A program made the translations under genes and the position numbers. Of a stretch of DNA of 64,000 bases, positions 1 through 10,364 are shown in pieces (the first letter of the stretch is position 1; each line of letters begins with the position of its first letter). The notes under the pieces were generated by a model. That model worked only from the letters and a program-made list of their open reading frames with translations. It was not told the DNA's origin and made no database searches. The DNA comes from an uncultured virus (IMG/VR IMGVR_UViG_3300000558_000068) (Duplodnaviria > Heunggongvirae > Uroviricota > Caudoviricetes). The stretch lies in the IMG/VR virus record IMGVR_UViG_3300000558_000068, positions 1 through 64,000 of that record; one strand, given 5' to 3'.

Positions 1-51
1 TAGCAGAAACTTGATTTGAAACAATAAAGTAATAATTAAATATTTTGAGCG

Positions 52-462
52 ATGGGAAATTTAAAAAATGAAATGGCTGATAGATGGTTAAAGTTAGCGA
101 ATTATCTATCTGATGAAAAATTAGAAGGTAAAACCATATTCACCTTATCTTTTCAAAATGGATGTGATTTTATCGTACATCCAGAAGGTAAGGATGGGAA
201 AACTTTGGATTTATCTATATGTATTCAATTAGAATCGGATGATAGGGTAAATATCAAAATTGACGGAAACACCTATTTAGTAAAGCCAATAATATCATTT
301 TCGCAACTAAAAAAGATGATAGGTGCGGATAACGACTATTACAAAATAGAATGTATAAATAGACCTGAAAGATGGAAAGATAAAGAAGTTGCCGAAAATG
401 AAATGCTTGACCTTAATCAGCCAGATTGTAAAAATCTTGAATTTAAGTGCGTGAGGAAATAA
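52..462 (+). CDS. Hypothetical protein, cassette-like gene flanked by inverted repeats
   Basis: 136-aa ORF; no family recognised. Confidence 0.6.
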   Translation: MGNLKNEMADRWLKLANYLSDEKLEGKTIFTLSFQNGCDFIVHPEGKDGKTLDLSICIQLESDDRVNIKIDGNTYLVKPIISFSQLKKMIGADNDYYKIECINRPERWKDKEVAENEMLDLNQPDCKNLEFKCVRK

Positions 463-557
463 AATATTTAATTATGGTCAAATTACCACAAAATTTCAAT
501 CGAAGCACAAATGTAGTGCTTGCAGCTAACTAGTATATATAGAGACTATGACTTAAA

Positions 558-1376
558 TTGTTAAATATGAATGAGAAGTACAAGTCAACTTTAGGAAAGT
601 TCGAAAATTTTCTTAAAGTTCAAAATTATTCAACGAACACTATTAATTGTTATTTGTCTTATCTGAAATTATTTTTAGATAAGAATAATAATCTGTCGCC
701 CGGACATTTAACTCAAAAGAACCTAGAAGATTTTATTTACGGGTATAAATTTACGTCAATATCACAACAAAATCAAATTTATAATAGTTTAAAGTTGTTT
801 TATAAAAATATTTTGAAAAGCAACTTAACTAAAATAAATCTAGAAAGACCAAGAAAAGAGAAACATTTACCACAGATAATCGATAAGGAATTTTTAGTTG
901 ATCAAATAAACAAGATACAAAATTTAAAGCATAAAGCCATTATATCGTTGGGATATTCTGTGGGTCTTCGTGTGTCTGAAGTAATTAATCTTAAAATTAA
1001 TGATATTGATTCTAAACGAATGGTGATTTCTATTAAGAATGGGAAAGGAAGAAAGGATAGAATTGTTCCTCTATCCCAAAATGTATTAGAGCTGTTAAGG
1101 AAATATTGGTTGGAATATCGGCCTAAGGAATATTTGTTTAATGGGCAAAATTCGTTACAATATTCTTCAACGTCTTGTAATAGTATTGTAAAACATTATT
1201 TGGGGAAGGATTATCATTTTCATTTGCTAAGGCATTCATGTTTCACTCATTTAATCGAATCCGGAGTGGACAGTAGATTAATCCAGAAATTAGCGGGACA
1301 CTCAAATATTAAAACCACCGAAGGTTATATGCAAGTTTCTACAAACGTTTTAAACAACATTAAGTTACCTTTATGA
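558..1376 (+). CDS. Tyrosine recombinase/integrase (XerD-like, N-terminal SAM-like domain)
   Basis: Catalytic motifs GLRVSE, GKGRKDR, HLLRHS, LAGH, TEGY; start may be ATG 567. Confidence 0.92.
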   Translation: MLNMNEKYKSTLGKFENFLKVQNYSTNTINCYLSYLKLFLDKNNNLSPGHLTQKNLEDFIYGYKFTSISQQNQIYNSLKLFYKNILKSNLTKINLERPRKEKHLPQIIDKEFLVDQINKIQNLKHKAIISLGYSVGLRVSEVINLKINDIDSKRMVISIKNGKGRKDRIVPLSQNVLELLRKYWLEYRPKEYLFNGQNSLQYSSTSCNSIVKHYLGKDYHFHLLRHSCFTHLIESGVDSRLIQKLAGHSNIKTTEGYMQVSTNVLNNIKLPL

Positions 1377-2317
1377 ATGATTCTTCAGGACTAGTTTTTG
1401 ATATATTGACTCAGATATTGGGCGATCCACGTACTCATTATGAAAGTAAAGGACAGGCATCGTGGAATTGTCCGGTTTGTGATCAAGGAAGGAACAAAGC
1501 AAATTTTGAGGTTAACTATTTTAAAGAAGTATATCAATGTTGGTCTTGTGGGGAAACTGAAGAAACGCACGGATCAATATATAAACTGATTAAGACTTGG
1601 GGTAATAAACAACAATTATCTAATTATTTGTTATTGCGTCCGGATATCAATAAGAAATCTAAGGATGAAGAACACCCGAAAGTTTTTATGGGGATACCTC
1701 CGGGGTTTACATTGTTTAATTCTGACGCTACCAAATCAATATATTATAAACAGGCGTACAATTACATTACAAAGGACCGTGGTATTACTGATGAAATTCT
1801 TAATAAATATAATGTTGGTTATACAATAGAAAGTAAGTTCCACCATAGGATAATAATACCATCACATAATATTGAGAACGAAATTGATTATTTTTCTGCT
1901 CGTACATATATTGGGGCAAAAAAGAAATATGACAACCCGGAATACCCCAAAGAAAAGATAATTTTTAACGAGTATTATATTGATTGGAACCAAGACGTTT
2001 ATCTATTGGAAGGAGCGTTGGATCACCTTGTCGTTCCCAATTCAATTCCAATGTTAGGTAAAAAGATGAGCGAGCTTTTATGGGGTAGAATATATGATAA
2101 TGCTAAAGCTAATGTTATTATCGCTTATGATCCGGATGCTATGAGTAATGTTAAAAAACTATATCAAATGCTGGATGGTGGTAAGTTAAAGGGAAGAGTT
2201 AAGGCACTGTTTTATAAGTCGGATTTTGATTTGTGTGAATTACATAAACGATTGTCACCAACTGATTTCAATAAAGTATTACAATCAGCAAGACATATTA
2301 AAGAAAGTAAATTATGA
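1373..2317 (+). CDS. DNA primase (zinc finger + TOPRIM)
   Basis: CPVC...CWSC zinc finger; RIIIP, FSAR, KYDNP; TOPRIM EGALD and DPDA. Confidence 0.88.
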   Translation: MNDSSGLVFDILTQILGDPRTHYESKGQASWNCPVCDQGRNKANFEVNYFKEVYQCWSCGETEETHGSIYKLIKTWGNKQQLSNYLLLRPDINKKSKDEEHPKVFMGIPPGFTLFNSDATKSIYYKQAYNYITKDRGITDEILNKYNVGYTIESKFHHRIIIPSHNIENEIDYFSARTYIGAKKKYDNPEYPKEKIIFNEYYIDWNQDVYLLEGALDHLVVPNSIPMLGKKMSELLWGRIYDNAKANVIIAYDPDAMSNVKKLYQMLDGGKLKGRVKALFYKSDFDLCELHKRLSPTDFNKVLQSARHIKESKL

Positions 2318-3060
2318 TGGCGGATAGACAACACGGTTCGATATGTTATTATGATGATGGGCATCGGTATGTTGATGAAGATACCGGTGAAGAATTCCTA
2401 TCTGTAACTAGATTGCTTCACCATTATGAGCAACCATTTGATACCGAAAAACATTCAGCTCGTGTGGCCAAACGTAGGGATGTACCGCAGCAACAGGTTA
2501 AAAATGAATGGAAAGAAAAAGCTGAAGTTGCTTGTGATTATGGTACTGATATACATGATTTATTTGAACGGATGTTTTTATCCCCCGGAAGAATACTTAT
2601 TGCTCAAAATGATGAAGAACAAAAATTATTGTTTGCTTATTATAAAACAAAACAGCTGGAATTTTTAACTGGTGATGTTTATCCGGAGCAAATTGTGTAT
2701 AATAAAAAATATAAATTAGCTGGGCAATCTGATTTAATTCATTTAGCGCCATATGAACATTTTGATGTGGGCGATTGGAAAACGAATGAAACATTTAAGT
2801 ATTTTTCTCAATATAATCAATATCTGAAATACCCGTTAAATCATTTATCTCAATGTGATTATAATATATATTCTCTTCAGTTATCGACATATGCTTATTT
2901 TTATGAATTGATGACCGGATTAAAATGTCGTAGATTGTTTATATTATATTATTGGCGAAGTCATAATATATTTCAAGTTATCCCAATTAATTATATGAAG
3001 CTCGAAGTTATGATGATGATTAAACATTATGCCGAAACTGTTTTAAAAATGTCGGTGTAA
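2314..3060 (+). CDS. PD-(D/E)XK exonuclease
   Basis: SVT, GTDIH, E, AGQSD, DWKT, QLSTYA motifs. Confidence 0.8.
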   Translation: MMADRQHGSICYYDDGHRYVDEDTGEEFLSVTRLLHHYEQPFDTEKHSARVAKRRDVPQQQVKNEWKEKAEVACDYGTDIHDLFERMFLSPGRILIAQNDEEQKLLFAYYKTKQLEFLTGDVYPEQIVYNKKYKLAGQSDLIHLAPYEHFDVGDWKTNETFKYFSQYNQYLKYPLNHLSQCDYNIYSLQLSTYAYFYELMTGLKCRRLFILYYWRSHNIFQVIPINYMKLEVMMMIKHYAETVLKMSV

Positions 3061-3074
3061 AAGATGACTTAGAA

Positions 3075-3106
3075 TTTGACTTTAGGGTGATTTAAGTTTA
3101 TATTTG
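3075..3106 (+). promoter_or_regulatory. Bacteroidota-type housekeeping promoter (-33 TTTG / -7 TAnnTTTG)
   Basis: TTTG (3075-78), 20 nt, TATATTTG (3099-3106), 25 nt before the sbcD-like ATG. Confidence 0.7.
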
Positions 3107-3130
3107 AGTAATAATTAATAAACATAAAAT

Positions 3131-3922
3131 ATGATTAAAAAGATAGTTTGTATTTCTGATATTCACCTTCGTACATTTAAGCGTCACGATGAATATGTGG
3201 AACAATTTGATAAGTTTTATAAATTGATGGATACTGAAAAACCAGATCGTATAGTTATTTGTGGAGACCTTGTGCATCAAAAAATTCAGATGTCCCCGGA
3301 ACTAATTGATGTATTACGACAATTTTTACAGCGATGTTCTGAAATTGCTAAAACCATAATATTAATAGGTAATCATGATTTTTTAACCAACAATAAAGAA
3401 CGATTGGATGCTTTAACTCCGATAATTGAAGCAATGAATAATCCCAATCTTGTTTATTTTAAGAACAGTGGGTGTTATGAAGATGAAAATGTTGTGTGGG
3501 TCCCGATAACATTAATGGATGATAATAAGGTTCCGGAATGCTTTAATCCAAAGAAAAAAATTAAGGGAAAAACTTATATTGGTTTATTTCATAGTCCATT
3601 AACAGGTGTTGAAACTGATTTGGGATTCTCCTTTGGCGATGTTTATCCTTTGGAAAACTTTGCTGGGCTTGAAATTTGTATCTGCGGCGACATCCACCGT
3701 TATCAAATTATTCAAAAAAGTGATCCATTAATATTTTTCTGCGGAAGCTTTTTACAGCAAAATTATGGGGAAAGTTTATCACATCATGGATACGTTAGAT
3801 TAGATATTGAAACTAAAAAACATGAATTAATTGAAATACCCAATGATTATGGATATTATCAGTTTAAAATATCGGATGTGGATAACGATAAAGATATGGG
3901 GGAAGAATTATTAAATGGGTAA
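3131..3922 (+). CDS. SbcD/Mre11/gp47-like metallophosphoesterase nuclease
   Basis: SDIH, GDLVH, GNHD, GDIH, CGS motifs; upstream of an SMC-like ATPase. Confidence 0.9.
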   Translation: MIKKIVCISDIHLRTFKRHDEYVEQFDKFYKLMDTEKPDRIVICGDLVHQKIQMSPELIDVLRQFLQRCSEIAKTIILIGNHDFLTNNKERLDALTPIIEAMNNPNLVYFKNSGCYEDENVVWVPITLMDDNKVPECFNPKKKIKGKTYIGLFHSPLTGVETDLGFSFGDVYPLENFAGLEICICGDIHRYQIIQKSDPLIFFCGSFLQQNYGESLSHHGYVRLDIETKKHELIEIPNDYGYYQFKISDVDNDKDMGEELLNG

Positions 3923-4064
3923 AGGGACTACTACAGTAATAGTATACGATCCAATGACATTTGAAGTAATAAGTCTGAAGATATATGTATTTACCAAATT
4001 AGAGAGCTATCCTCGTGGTACATATATTCACTATCCAAAAAAATTTAAATTAACAGAAAAATAA
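3915..4064 (+). CDS. Small hypothetical protein (49 aa, not in ORF track)
   Basis: MGKGTTTVIVYDP...KLTEK fills the sbcD-sbcC gap. Confidence 0.35.
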   Translation: MGKGTTTVIVYDPMTFEVISLKIYVFTKLESYPRGTYIHYPKKFKLTEK

Positions 4065-4070
4065 TACAAT

Positions 4071-6788
4071 ATGGCAATTACCGATAAAAGTTACATAAAA
4101 GTAAAATGGGAAGGGGCTCCAGAAGAGTTCACCAAAGAGAAACAAGCACGCATTAAAGCTTATATCCAAAACAAATACGGATGTAAGAATGTCACAGTTC
4201 AATTTAATCCGATCAACGCAAGTGGAACTGAATATACACTTGACCAATCTGAAAATATCTATGATCTAGCCAATCAGAGAAAATTAATCGAACAATTTAT
4301 CACCGAGAACAAATTAGACGTGAATATAGACGATATAATGCGTTTAGATGGTAAGGTGAATGATAAGATGAAACAACAGAAGGACGTTGATTACACCTAT
4401 CGTAAACTCAAAATTAAACGTATCTGGTTCGATAACTTCCTTTCCTTCGGGGCCGATAATGAATTTCCTTTGGAAGATTTACCCGGACTAACTGTAATCA
4501 ATTCAAATCCAGCGAATTATGGCGGTAAGACAATATTAGCAAAAAATTTAATCACATATTTGTTCTTTAATAAAACAGATAGAACCAAAACGGATAGGGA
4601 AATTTTTAATCTATATCGTCCGGAAGAAAATCAGGTTAAGGTAAAAGGATTGATCGATATTAATGGGATTGAGTACATAATTGAACGTGTTATTACAAGA
4701 GCCGGTAAAACTAAAATAACAACCAATTCTCAGTTACATATTGCCAAGGTAGTAAATGGAATTGAGGAAAACTTATCTGAAGAGCAAAGACGTGAAAGTG
4801 AAAAGATTATTGTTGATTCTATCGGAACATATAGTGATTTTTTATTGACCATAATCGCCGATAGCAACACATTAGAAAACTTAATAGAACAGATGCCAAC
4901 CGAGAGAGGTAATCTTGTAACTCGATTCATTGGGCTGGATGTTATTAAGGAAAAAGAAGGTATTTGTAAGGACATTAAAACCGAATGGGAAAAGACAATA
5001 AAATCCAATCAGTACAACATTATCGATATTTTTCAACAAATTCAGACCGATAGAGCCGTTATTACAGAAACAGAGTTAATAGTAAAAGAATCCTTAACAA
5101 AGCTGGAAACAATAATAGCTAGTATAAAGGAAATGGATTTAACAAAAGAAGTCCTGATTGGTAAAAAGAAACCGATTGATGATACATTACTTGGCGTTGC
5201 TATTGAGGAAGAAAAACAAAAACTAGTAACTATAACTGAAAATGGTAAAACTAAAAAAGAAGAATATCAGAAACTAAAAGATGAATTCAAGACCAGAACC
5301 AAGCCTGAATATGATGAAGAAGGACATTTAGCTGTATTACAACAGGAAAAAGACTTAGTTACCGAAGTCCATGATCAAAAAACCATTATTAATAACAAAG
5401 AAAAAGAAATTGTAAATCTTGAACGGGCAAAGGATAAAACAATTCAGGATAAAGAAAAAGAAATTATTACCATTGAACGAACTAATGAACGGGCAATTCA
5501 GGAAAAAGAAAAATCCATCATTACAATTAAGATGGAGCATACCGCAACAATTAAAGCAAAAGATAAAGAAGTTACCGATTTAGAACTAGTAATTAAAAAT
5601 CTGAAAGAAGGTGAGATATGCCCAACATGTAAACGTAAATTTGATAACTGCGACAACTCTGCGACAATTACAGGGCATGAAGCAACCATCACCAAATTAA
5701 AAAAAGAAATTGATAAACTAAAGAAAGCCGATGACCCACGGATTAAGCCAATTCAGGACGAAATCGATGAAATGAAAAAGGCTGAAGACCCTGAAATATC
5801 CAAAATACAAAGTGAAATTAAAACCCTAAAAGAAACCGAAGATCCCAATGTTAAAAAAATTAAAGATGAAATTAAATCCATCAATGAAATCGTAATACCA
5901 AAAATCGAAACGAATAAGGTTAAAAATGCTGCTGATATCGAAAAATATAAGAAACAAAACGACGCTCTTAACCAATATGATAAAGATGAGATTAAAATTG
6001 AGCGTTTAGCTGTTGAAGTGAAAGGATTGGCTCAGGATTATAAGGATCAAGACGATTTAATTAAACGATATAACGATAATGTACTTGCTGTTGATATTAA
6101 TAAGGGAATCGAAAAAGAAATAATCGAAGTTAATTTCCGAATGGAGCAAAAAAATACTGAGAAAGATGATATAACTCGTAGTAAAGAAATAAACCGTGAA
6201 AAGATAAAAACTTTAACCAAAACTATTGATGATAACGAAAAGTTAATTAAAATTATAAATAAAGAACAGGAGATATTAAAGGTATTCGAATATTATTTAA
6301 CTATCTTTGGTAAAAAGGGTATAACAAGCTTAATTCTGAAAACATCAATCCCCGTAATTAATTCAGAGCTGGATCGACTATTAAATGATACCGCAACGTT
6401 TAGTATGGAACTGGATTTAAATTCTAAAAATGACGTTGAATATTGGATGGTGGACAGGGAAACAGGGTTGAAAAAAATGGTAACATCAGGTAGTGGATAC
6501 GAGAAGACAGCAGCTGCACTAGCATTAAGAGCTGTGTTAACAAAAATATCAGTTCTTCCTAAACCGGATATGATAATTTTGGACGAAGTTCTGGGAAAGG
6601 TTGCTGACGAAAATCTCGAAATGATGAAATTTTTGCTGGATAAGATTTCAGAAATGTTTGACAAAGTATTTATGATCACCCACAATAATCTCGTTAATGG
6701 ATGGGCCACTAATATTGTAACTATCGAAAAAATAAATAATATTAGTAGATTAACGTTCAATAAAAACGCAACTAAAGCACAAGCGTAA
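4071..6788 (+). CDS. SbcC/Rad50/gp46-like ATPase
   Basis: NFLSFG, Walker A NYGGKT, coiled coil with CPTC zinc hook, signature SGSGYE, Walker B IILDE, ITH. Confidence 0.92.
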   Translation: MAITDKSYIKVKWEGAPEEFTKEKQARIKAYIQNKYGCKNVTVQFNPINASGTEYTLDQSENIYDLANQRKLIEQFITENKLDVNIDDIMRLDGKVNDKMKQQKDVDYTYRKLKIKRIWFDNFLSFGADNEFPLEDLPGLTVINSNPANYGGKTILAKNLITYLFFNKTDRTKTDREIFNLYRPEENQVKVKGLIDINGIEYIIERVITRAGKTKITTNSQLHIAKVVNGIEENLSEEQRRESEKIIVDSIGTYSDFLLTIIADSNTLENLIEQMPTERGNLVTRFIGLDVIKEKEGICKDIKTEWEKTIKSNQYNIIDIFQQIQTDRAVITETELIVKESLTKLETIIASIKEMDLTKEVLIGKKKPIDDTLLGVAIEEEKQKLVTITENGKTKKEEYQKLKDEFKTRTKPEYDEEGHLAVLQQEKDLVTEVHDQKTIINNKEKEIVNLERAKDKTIQDKEKEIITIERTNERAIQEKEKSIITIKMEHTATIKAKDKEVTDLELVIKNLKEGEICPTCKRKFDNCDNSATITGHEATITKLKKEIDKLKKADDPRIKPIQDEIDEMKKAEDPEISKIQSEIKTLKETEDPNVKKIKDEIKSINEIVIPKIETNKVKNAADIEKYKKQNDALNQYDKDEIKIERLAVEVKGLAQDYKDQDDLIKRYNDNVLAVDINKGIEKEIIEVNFRMEQKNTEKDDITRSKEINREKIKTLTKTIDDNEKLIKIINKEQEILKVFEYYLTIFGKKGITSLILKTSIPVINSELDRLLNDTATFSMELDLNSKNDVEYWMVDRETGLKKMVTSGSGYEKTAAALALRAVLTKISVLPKPDMIILDEVLGKVADENLEMMKFLLDKISEMFDKVFMITHNNLVNGWATNIVTIEKINNISRLTFNKNATKAQA

Positions 6789-6812
6789 TAACATTAAATA
6801 AAATAATAAAAA

Positions 6813-7028
6813 ATGAAAAACAAAGATTTAAAACATGAAATTAGTGATTCAAGACTGGAAATTACATTTTGTAAACCCGGTAGCTGCTGCCCCTCAATTA
6901 TAATGGACAGAAATAATGATAAAATCGTTATTGGTGGTAATGACGAAGGGCATACCATATTTACTAAAGAACAATTCAAACTGTTTTTAGAAGAAGCTAA
7001 AGATGGTACATTTGATCGATATCTTTAA
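6813..7028 (+). CDS. Small Cys-containing hypothetical protein
   Basis: 71-aa ORF in operon, CKPGSCCP. Confidence 0.6.
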   Translation: MKNKDLKHEISDSRLEITFCKPGSCCPSIIMDRNNDKIVIGGNDEGHTIFTKEQFKLFLEEAKDGTFDRYL

Positions 7029-7081
7029 AAACTATAATTTTATATGATTGTGGGGCCATGAAAGATGATGATGAATAAATG

Positions 7082-7108
7082 ATGGGGGCGTTGCTCCCCA
7101 TTTTTTTT
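7082..7108 (+). terminator. Intrinsic terminator
   Basis: ATGGGGGC-GTT-GCTCCCCAT hairpin followed by a T-run. Confidence 0.75.
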
Positions 7109-7133
7109 CCGTGATATTTATAGATAAAATTAG

Positions 7134-8312
7134 ATGATGTCAAAAAAAAGTTGCATACTGGCTGATTATTTTGGTAGATTAATATTAAAAGAAATGATGG
7201 GTATATCGTTTGAAGTTCGTGCTTGGGTAAAAATTATTAAGGATGTTGCCGATGCTGAATATAAAAAATATTGGGATGACTACACAAAAAGACTTCCAAA
7301 ACAAGTAATGCACCCAATGCCCTATGGTAGTATGCATTTTGGTGGTGGATATAATATGGGAAATGTGTACAATTTTAACGATAATATCGACCCAAAGGGG
7401 TTCAGTAAACGTGAGCTAACAAAAAATGACTTAGATAATATGGATCAGGATGAAATTGATATTATTATTGATACTATTACAAATTACCATAAATTGTCAT
7501 ATGAAAAAGTAATGGATTTAACAACGCCCAAAATAGTTTCCTTATATAATAAAGCAATAAAAAACACCCTATTATTTGAGGATGTTGCTAATACCCCAAT
7601 TCAAAAACCTACGCAAGTGATAATTCATGGTAAAGACTATCCAGAAGCATATGCAAAATTTTCTGTTGATAAGTGGGTGATAACAGATAATAACAATTCC
7701 AAAACACCCACCGAATATGATCATGTAAATAGTGGCTATAAGGACAATGGGGAGTATACCGTTTATATTAATTGCTCATTGGATAATATAAGTTCATTTG
7801 TTTTAACTCACGAAATTAAACATGCTTATCAGGACTGGCAAAGAATTTCAAAAGGTAAACCATCAATTAATCAAAGCAAAGAAATCCGGCAATTATATAC
7901 CAAAGATTTTGAAAAATTTGTTATTGGTCATGCTCGTGCTGGTAATAACTTAAATACTTTGGACTCAGTAATTATCGCCTATTATATGTCAAGTAATGCA
8001 GAGATCGCCGCGTATCTTGAGGGTGTTTATGATGAAATAACGGGTGGACCGACAATACAACAATTTGCCGGAAAATTAAGGGAAGTTGCATCGAATATGG
8101 AAAATTTTAAAGCAGTTAAGGTGGAGCCTAATACGCCGCCAGTGACGTTACAAAAAAAATGGAAAAATATTACAAGCGAGTATGACATTCCGCTGTTCCG
8201 TAAATTTAAGAATGTTTTTGATTTTTTAAAATACACAGAACGAACTTTTAATAAAAAAGGGCGTCAAATGATTAAGAAAATCGATAAATTACATACATTA
8301 AAAAAACAATAA
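7134..8312 (+). CDS. HExxH zincin-like protein
   Basis: THEIKHAY plus downstream EIAA; related to 54107, 55807, 62475. Confidence 0.65.
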   Translation: MMSKKSCILADYFGRLILKEMMGISFEVRAWVKIIKDVADAEYKKYWDDYTKRLPKQVMHPMPYGSMHFGGGYNMGNVYNFNDNIDPKGFSKRELTKNDLDNMDQDEIDIIIDTITNYHKLSYEKVMDLTTPKIVSLYNKAIKNTLLFEDVANTPIQKPTQVIIHGKDYPEAYAKFSVDKWVITDNNNSKTPTEYDHVNSGYKDNGEYTVYINCSLDNISSFVLTHEIKHAYQDWQRISKGKPSINQSKEIRQLYTKDFEKFVIGHARAGNNLNTLDSVIIAYYMSSNAEIAAYLEGVYDEITGGPTIQQFAGKLREVASNMENFKAVKVEPNTPPVTLQKKWKNITSEYDIPLFRKFKNVFDFLKYTERTFNKKGRQMIKKIDKLHTLKKQ

Positions 8313-8316
8313 AGTT

Positions 8317-9192
8317 ATGAAAACAATATTTTTAATTATAATTTTTCTGATCGCATCTTTAATTGGTAATGCACAAAACATCGGAATAAGTGACAATACA
8401 GCATTTAGCCCATCTTTTATGCTGCATTTACAACCAAGCGCCAGTTATGCTTCTGATTTATTTTCAATACAAAATAACACTGGTACTTATTATTTTCATG
8501 TTAAACTGAATGGTCAAACATGTGCTAATACAAATACTCCAGTAATGTCTAATGATGTTTTGACAGGATACGCTAATAGTGCTTCATTAGCTTGGGGAAC
8601 TGCTGGATACCATGTCGGAACTAATGGTGGCGGTGGGTTCTTTCAAATTATTGGCCCCACAAATGGATATAATGCGGGCGAGTCGTGGACTAATGGAACT
8701 GGATGCGCTTTTTTGATTGCTAATAGTAATACGGGGGCAACAAATATTATTGGATTGTGGGCTCAAACTGGCGCTGGAGACAATCGTTATGGAATTTATA
8801 GCCCCGATAGAAATTTAGGATTAACATGGACACTAATATCTGATGGTAGACTCAAAAAAAACACACAACCCGTTAATAGCGTAATGTCTCTTATTAAATT
8901 ATTAGAACCAATCACATATGAATTCGACACAACATTATCAAAAAGTGGAAGGCTGGAATATGGTTTTACATCACAAAACTTAGAAGCTGTATTTCCTGCA
9001 TTGGTATATAAAAATGCTGTATACGACCCAACAATTAAAGTAACACCAAAATCGAAAATACTACAAGAAAATTTTAAATATGACGCAGTTAACTATATTG
9101 GATTAATCGCAATTTTAGTTAAAGGAATGCAAGAGCAACAAAGCGAAATTGATCGACTTAAAGTGGAAATCGAAATCTTAAAATGTGAATAA
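8317..9192 (+). CDS. Signal-peptide protein with C-terminal intramolecular chaperone (Peptidase S74-like) domain
   Basis: Hydrophobic N-terminus ending GNAQ; SDGRLKKN...GFTSQ...FPALV...VNYIGLIAILVKGMQE coiled coil. Confidence 0.8.
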   Translation: MKTIFLIIIFLIASLIGNAQNIGISDNTAFSPSFMLHLQPSASYASDLFSIQNNTGTYYFHVKLNGQTCANTNTPVMSNDVLTGYANSASLAWGTAGYHVGTNGGGGFFQIIGPTNGYNAGESWTNGTGCAFLIANSNTGATNIIGLWAQTGAGDNRYGIYSPDRNLGLTWTLISDGRLKKNTQPVNSVMSLIKLLEPITYEFDTTLSKSGRLEYGFTSQNLEAVFPALVYKNAVYDPTIKVTPKSKILQENFKYDAVNYIGLIAILVKGMQEQQSEIDRLKVEIEILKCE

Positions 9193-10363
9193 AATGAAGT
9201 TTGTTGTTGTAATATTATTTTTATTAATAAATCATCAATTGTTTTCCCAGACCGGTGCAATAAACATTAAAGACAATGGAAATATTATAATGTCCGGGAA
9301 TGTCAATTTGATAATACACCAAACCAGTAATCAAGGTATTGTTAAATCTGGAAATTTACAAGGTGGTATAATATGTGACAACGAACAAAGTCGGGTAATA
9401 TGGGGAGTTTCAACATTATCTGGAAATTATGTTATTCCTTTCAAAATATCTAACACCTCAATTCCACTTATAATGAATATAACATTAGCTGGTGTTGGAG
9501 CCGGGCAAATATTAACATCAACTTATAGAACGAATGTCGCTAATTTTTTATACCCCAATGGTTATGGTTATTTTAATCCTGTAACCAATATGAACTATAA
9601 TGGTGTTGATAATTCTAACAATGCGGTTGATAGGTTTTGGATAATTAACTACGATGGCTATGTAATCAAACCCATATCACAATTTACAATGACATACGAT
9701 CCAGTTAATGAGTTAAATGGGATTATTGAAGTGGATTTAAAGGCACAGTATTGGGACGGGGCTAAATGGGTTTTACCTCCGGATGGAATCGCCGACCCTC
9801 CAAACGATAATGTCAATTCAATACAATCCATTTCACTAAATACTCCATGGGTATTAATAAATAAACTAGTTCCGTTATATTTAACGTTATCTTATTATTA
9901 TGGTAATTGCAATGAAGACGGAACTGTTAGATTAGTATGGGAAACATTACAGGAAATGGGTGTACAATCATTCGAAATTCAGCGATCTTATGATGGTATT
10001 AATTTTGAAATAATTGGCGTAGTTCCCGCTGCAGGAAGTACAACTATGCCTGAAGGATACGATTATGTTGATCCTACGATATATTACGGAACTAGATACT
10101 ATAAACTAATAGAACTAGATTTTAATGGGTATACCGAAGAAATTGGAACGGTCAATGTTAATTGTGGGACACCATCGAATATATCAATACACCCCAATCC
10201 TCTACAATATGGTGAAGAATTAATTATCACTGGGATTGAGGAACAAGATAAAATAGAAGTCTTCGATGTTATTGGTCAAAAAATTCAAATAGAATGTTTA
10301 ATTCCCGGTATTTATATTGTGGTAATTAACAATATATTTATAACAAAGCTAGTTGTAAATTAA
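9185..10363 (+). CDS. Secreted protein resembling Bacteroidota T9SS type-A cargo
   Basis: Signal peptide; LVWET...FEIQRSYDG..F...Y.YVD...YYKL...DFNG module; IHPNP...GIYIV...KLVV tail. Confidence 0.72.
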   Translation: MNKMKFVVVILFLLINHQLFSQTGAINIKDNGNIIMSGNVNLIIHQTSNQGIVKSGNLQGGIICDNEQSRVIWGVSTLSGNYVIPFKISNTSIPLIMNITLAGVGAGQILTSTYRTNVANFLYPNGYGYFNPVTNMNYNGVDNSNNAVDRFWIINYDGYVIKPISQFTMTYDPVNELNGIIEVDLKAQYWDGAKWVLPPDGIADPPNDNVNSIQSISLNTPWVLINKLVPLYLTLSYYYGNCNEDGTVRLVWETLQEMGVQSFEIQRSYDGINFEIIGVVPAAGSTTMPEGYDYVDPTIYYGTRYYKLIELDFNGYTEEIGTVNVNCGTPSNISIHPNPLQYGEELIITGIEEQDKIEVFDVIGQKIQIECLIPGIYIVVINNIFITKLVVN

Positions 10364-10364
10364 A

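Noticed and set aside
2314..3060. PD-(D/E)XK nuclease as a Cas4 serving the array
   Set aside because: No Cas4 Fe-S cysteine pattern seen; it lies in a replication operon 8 kb away.
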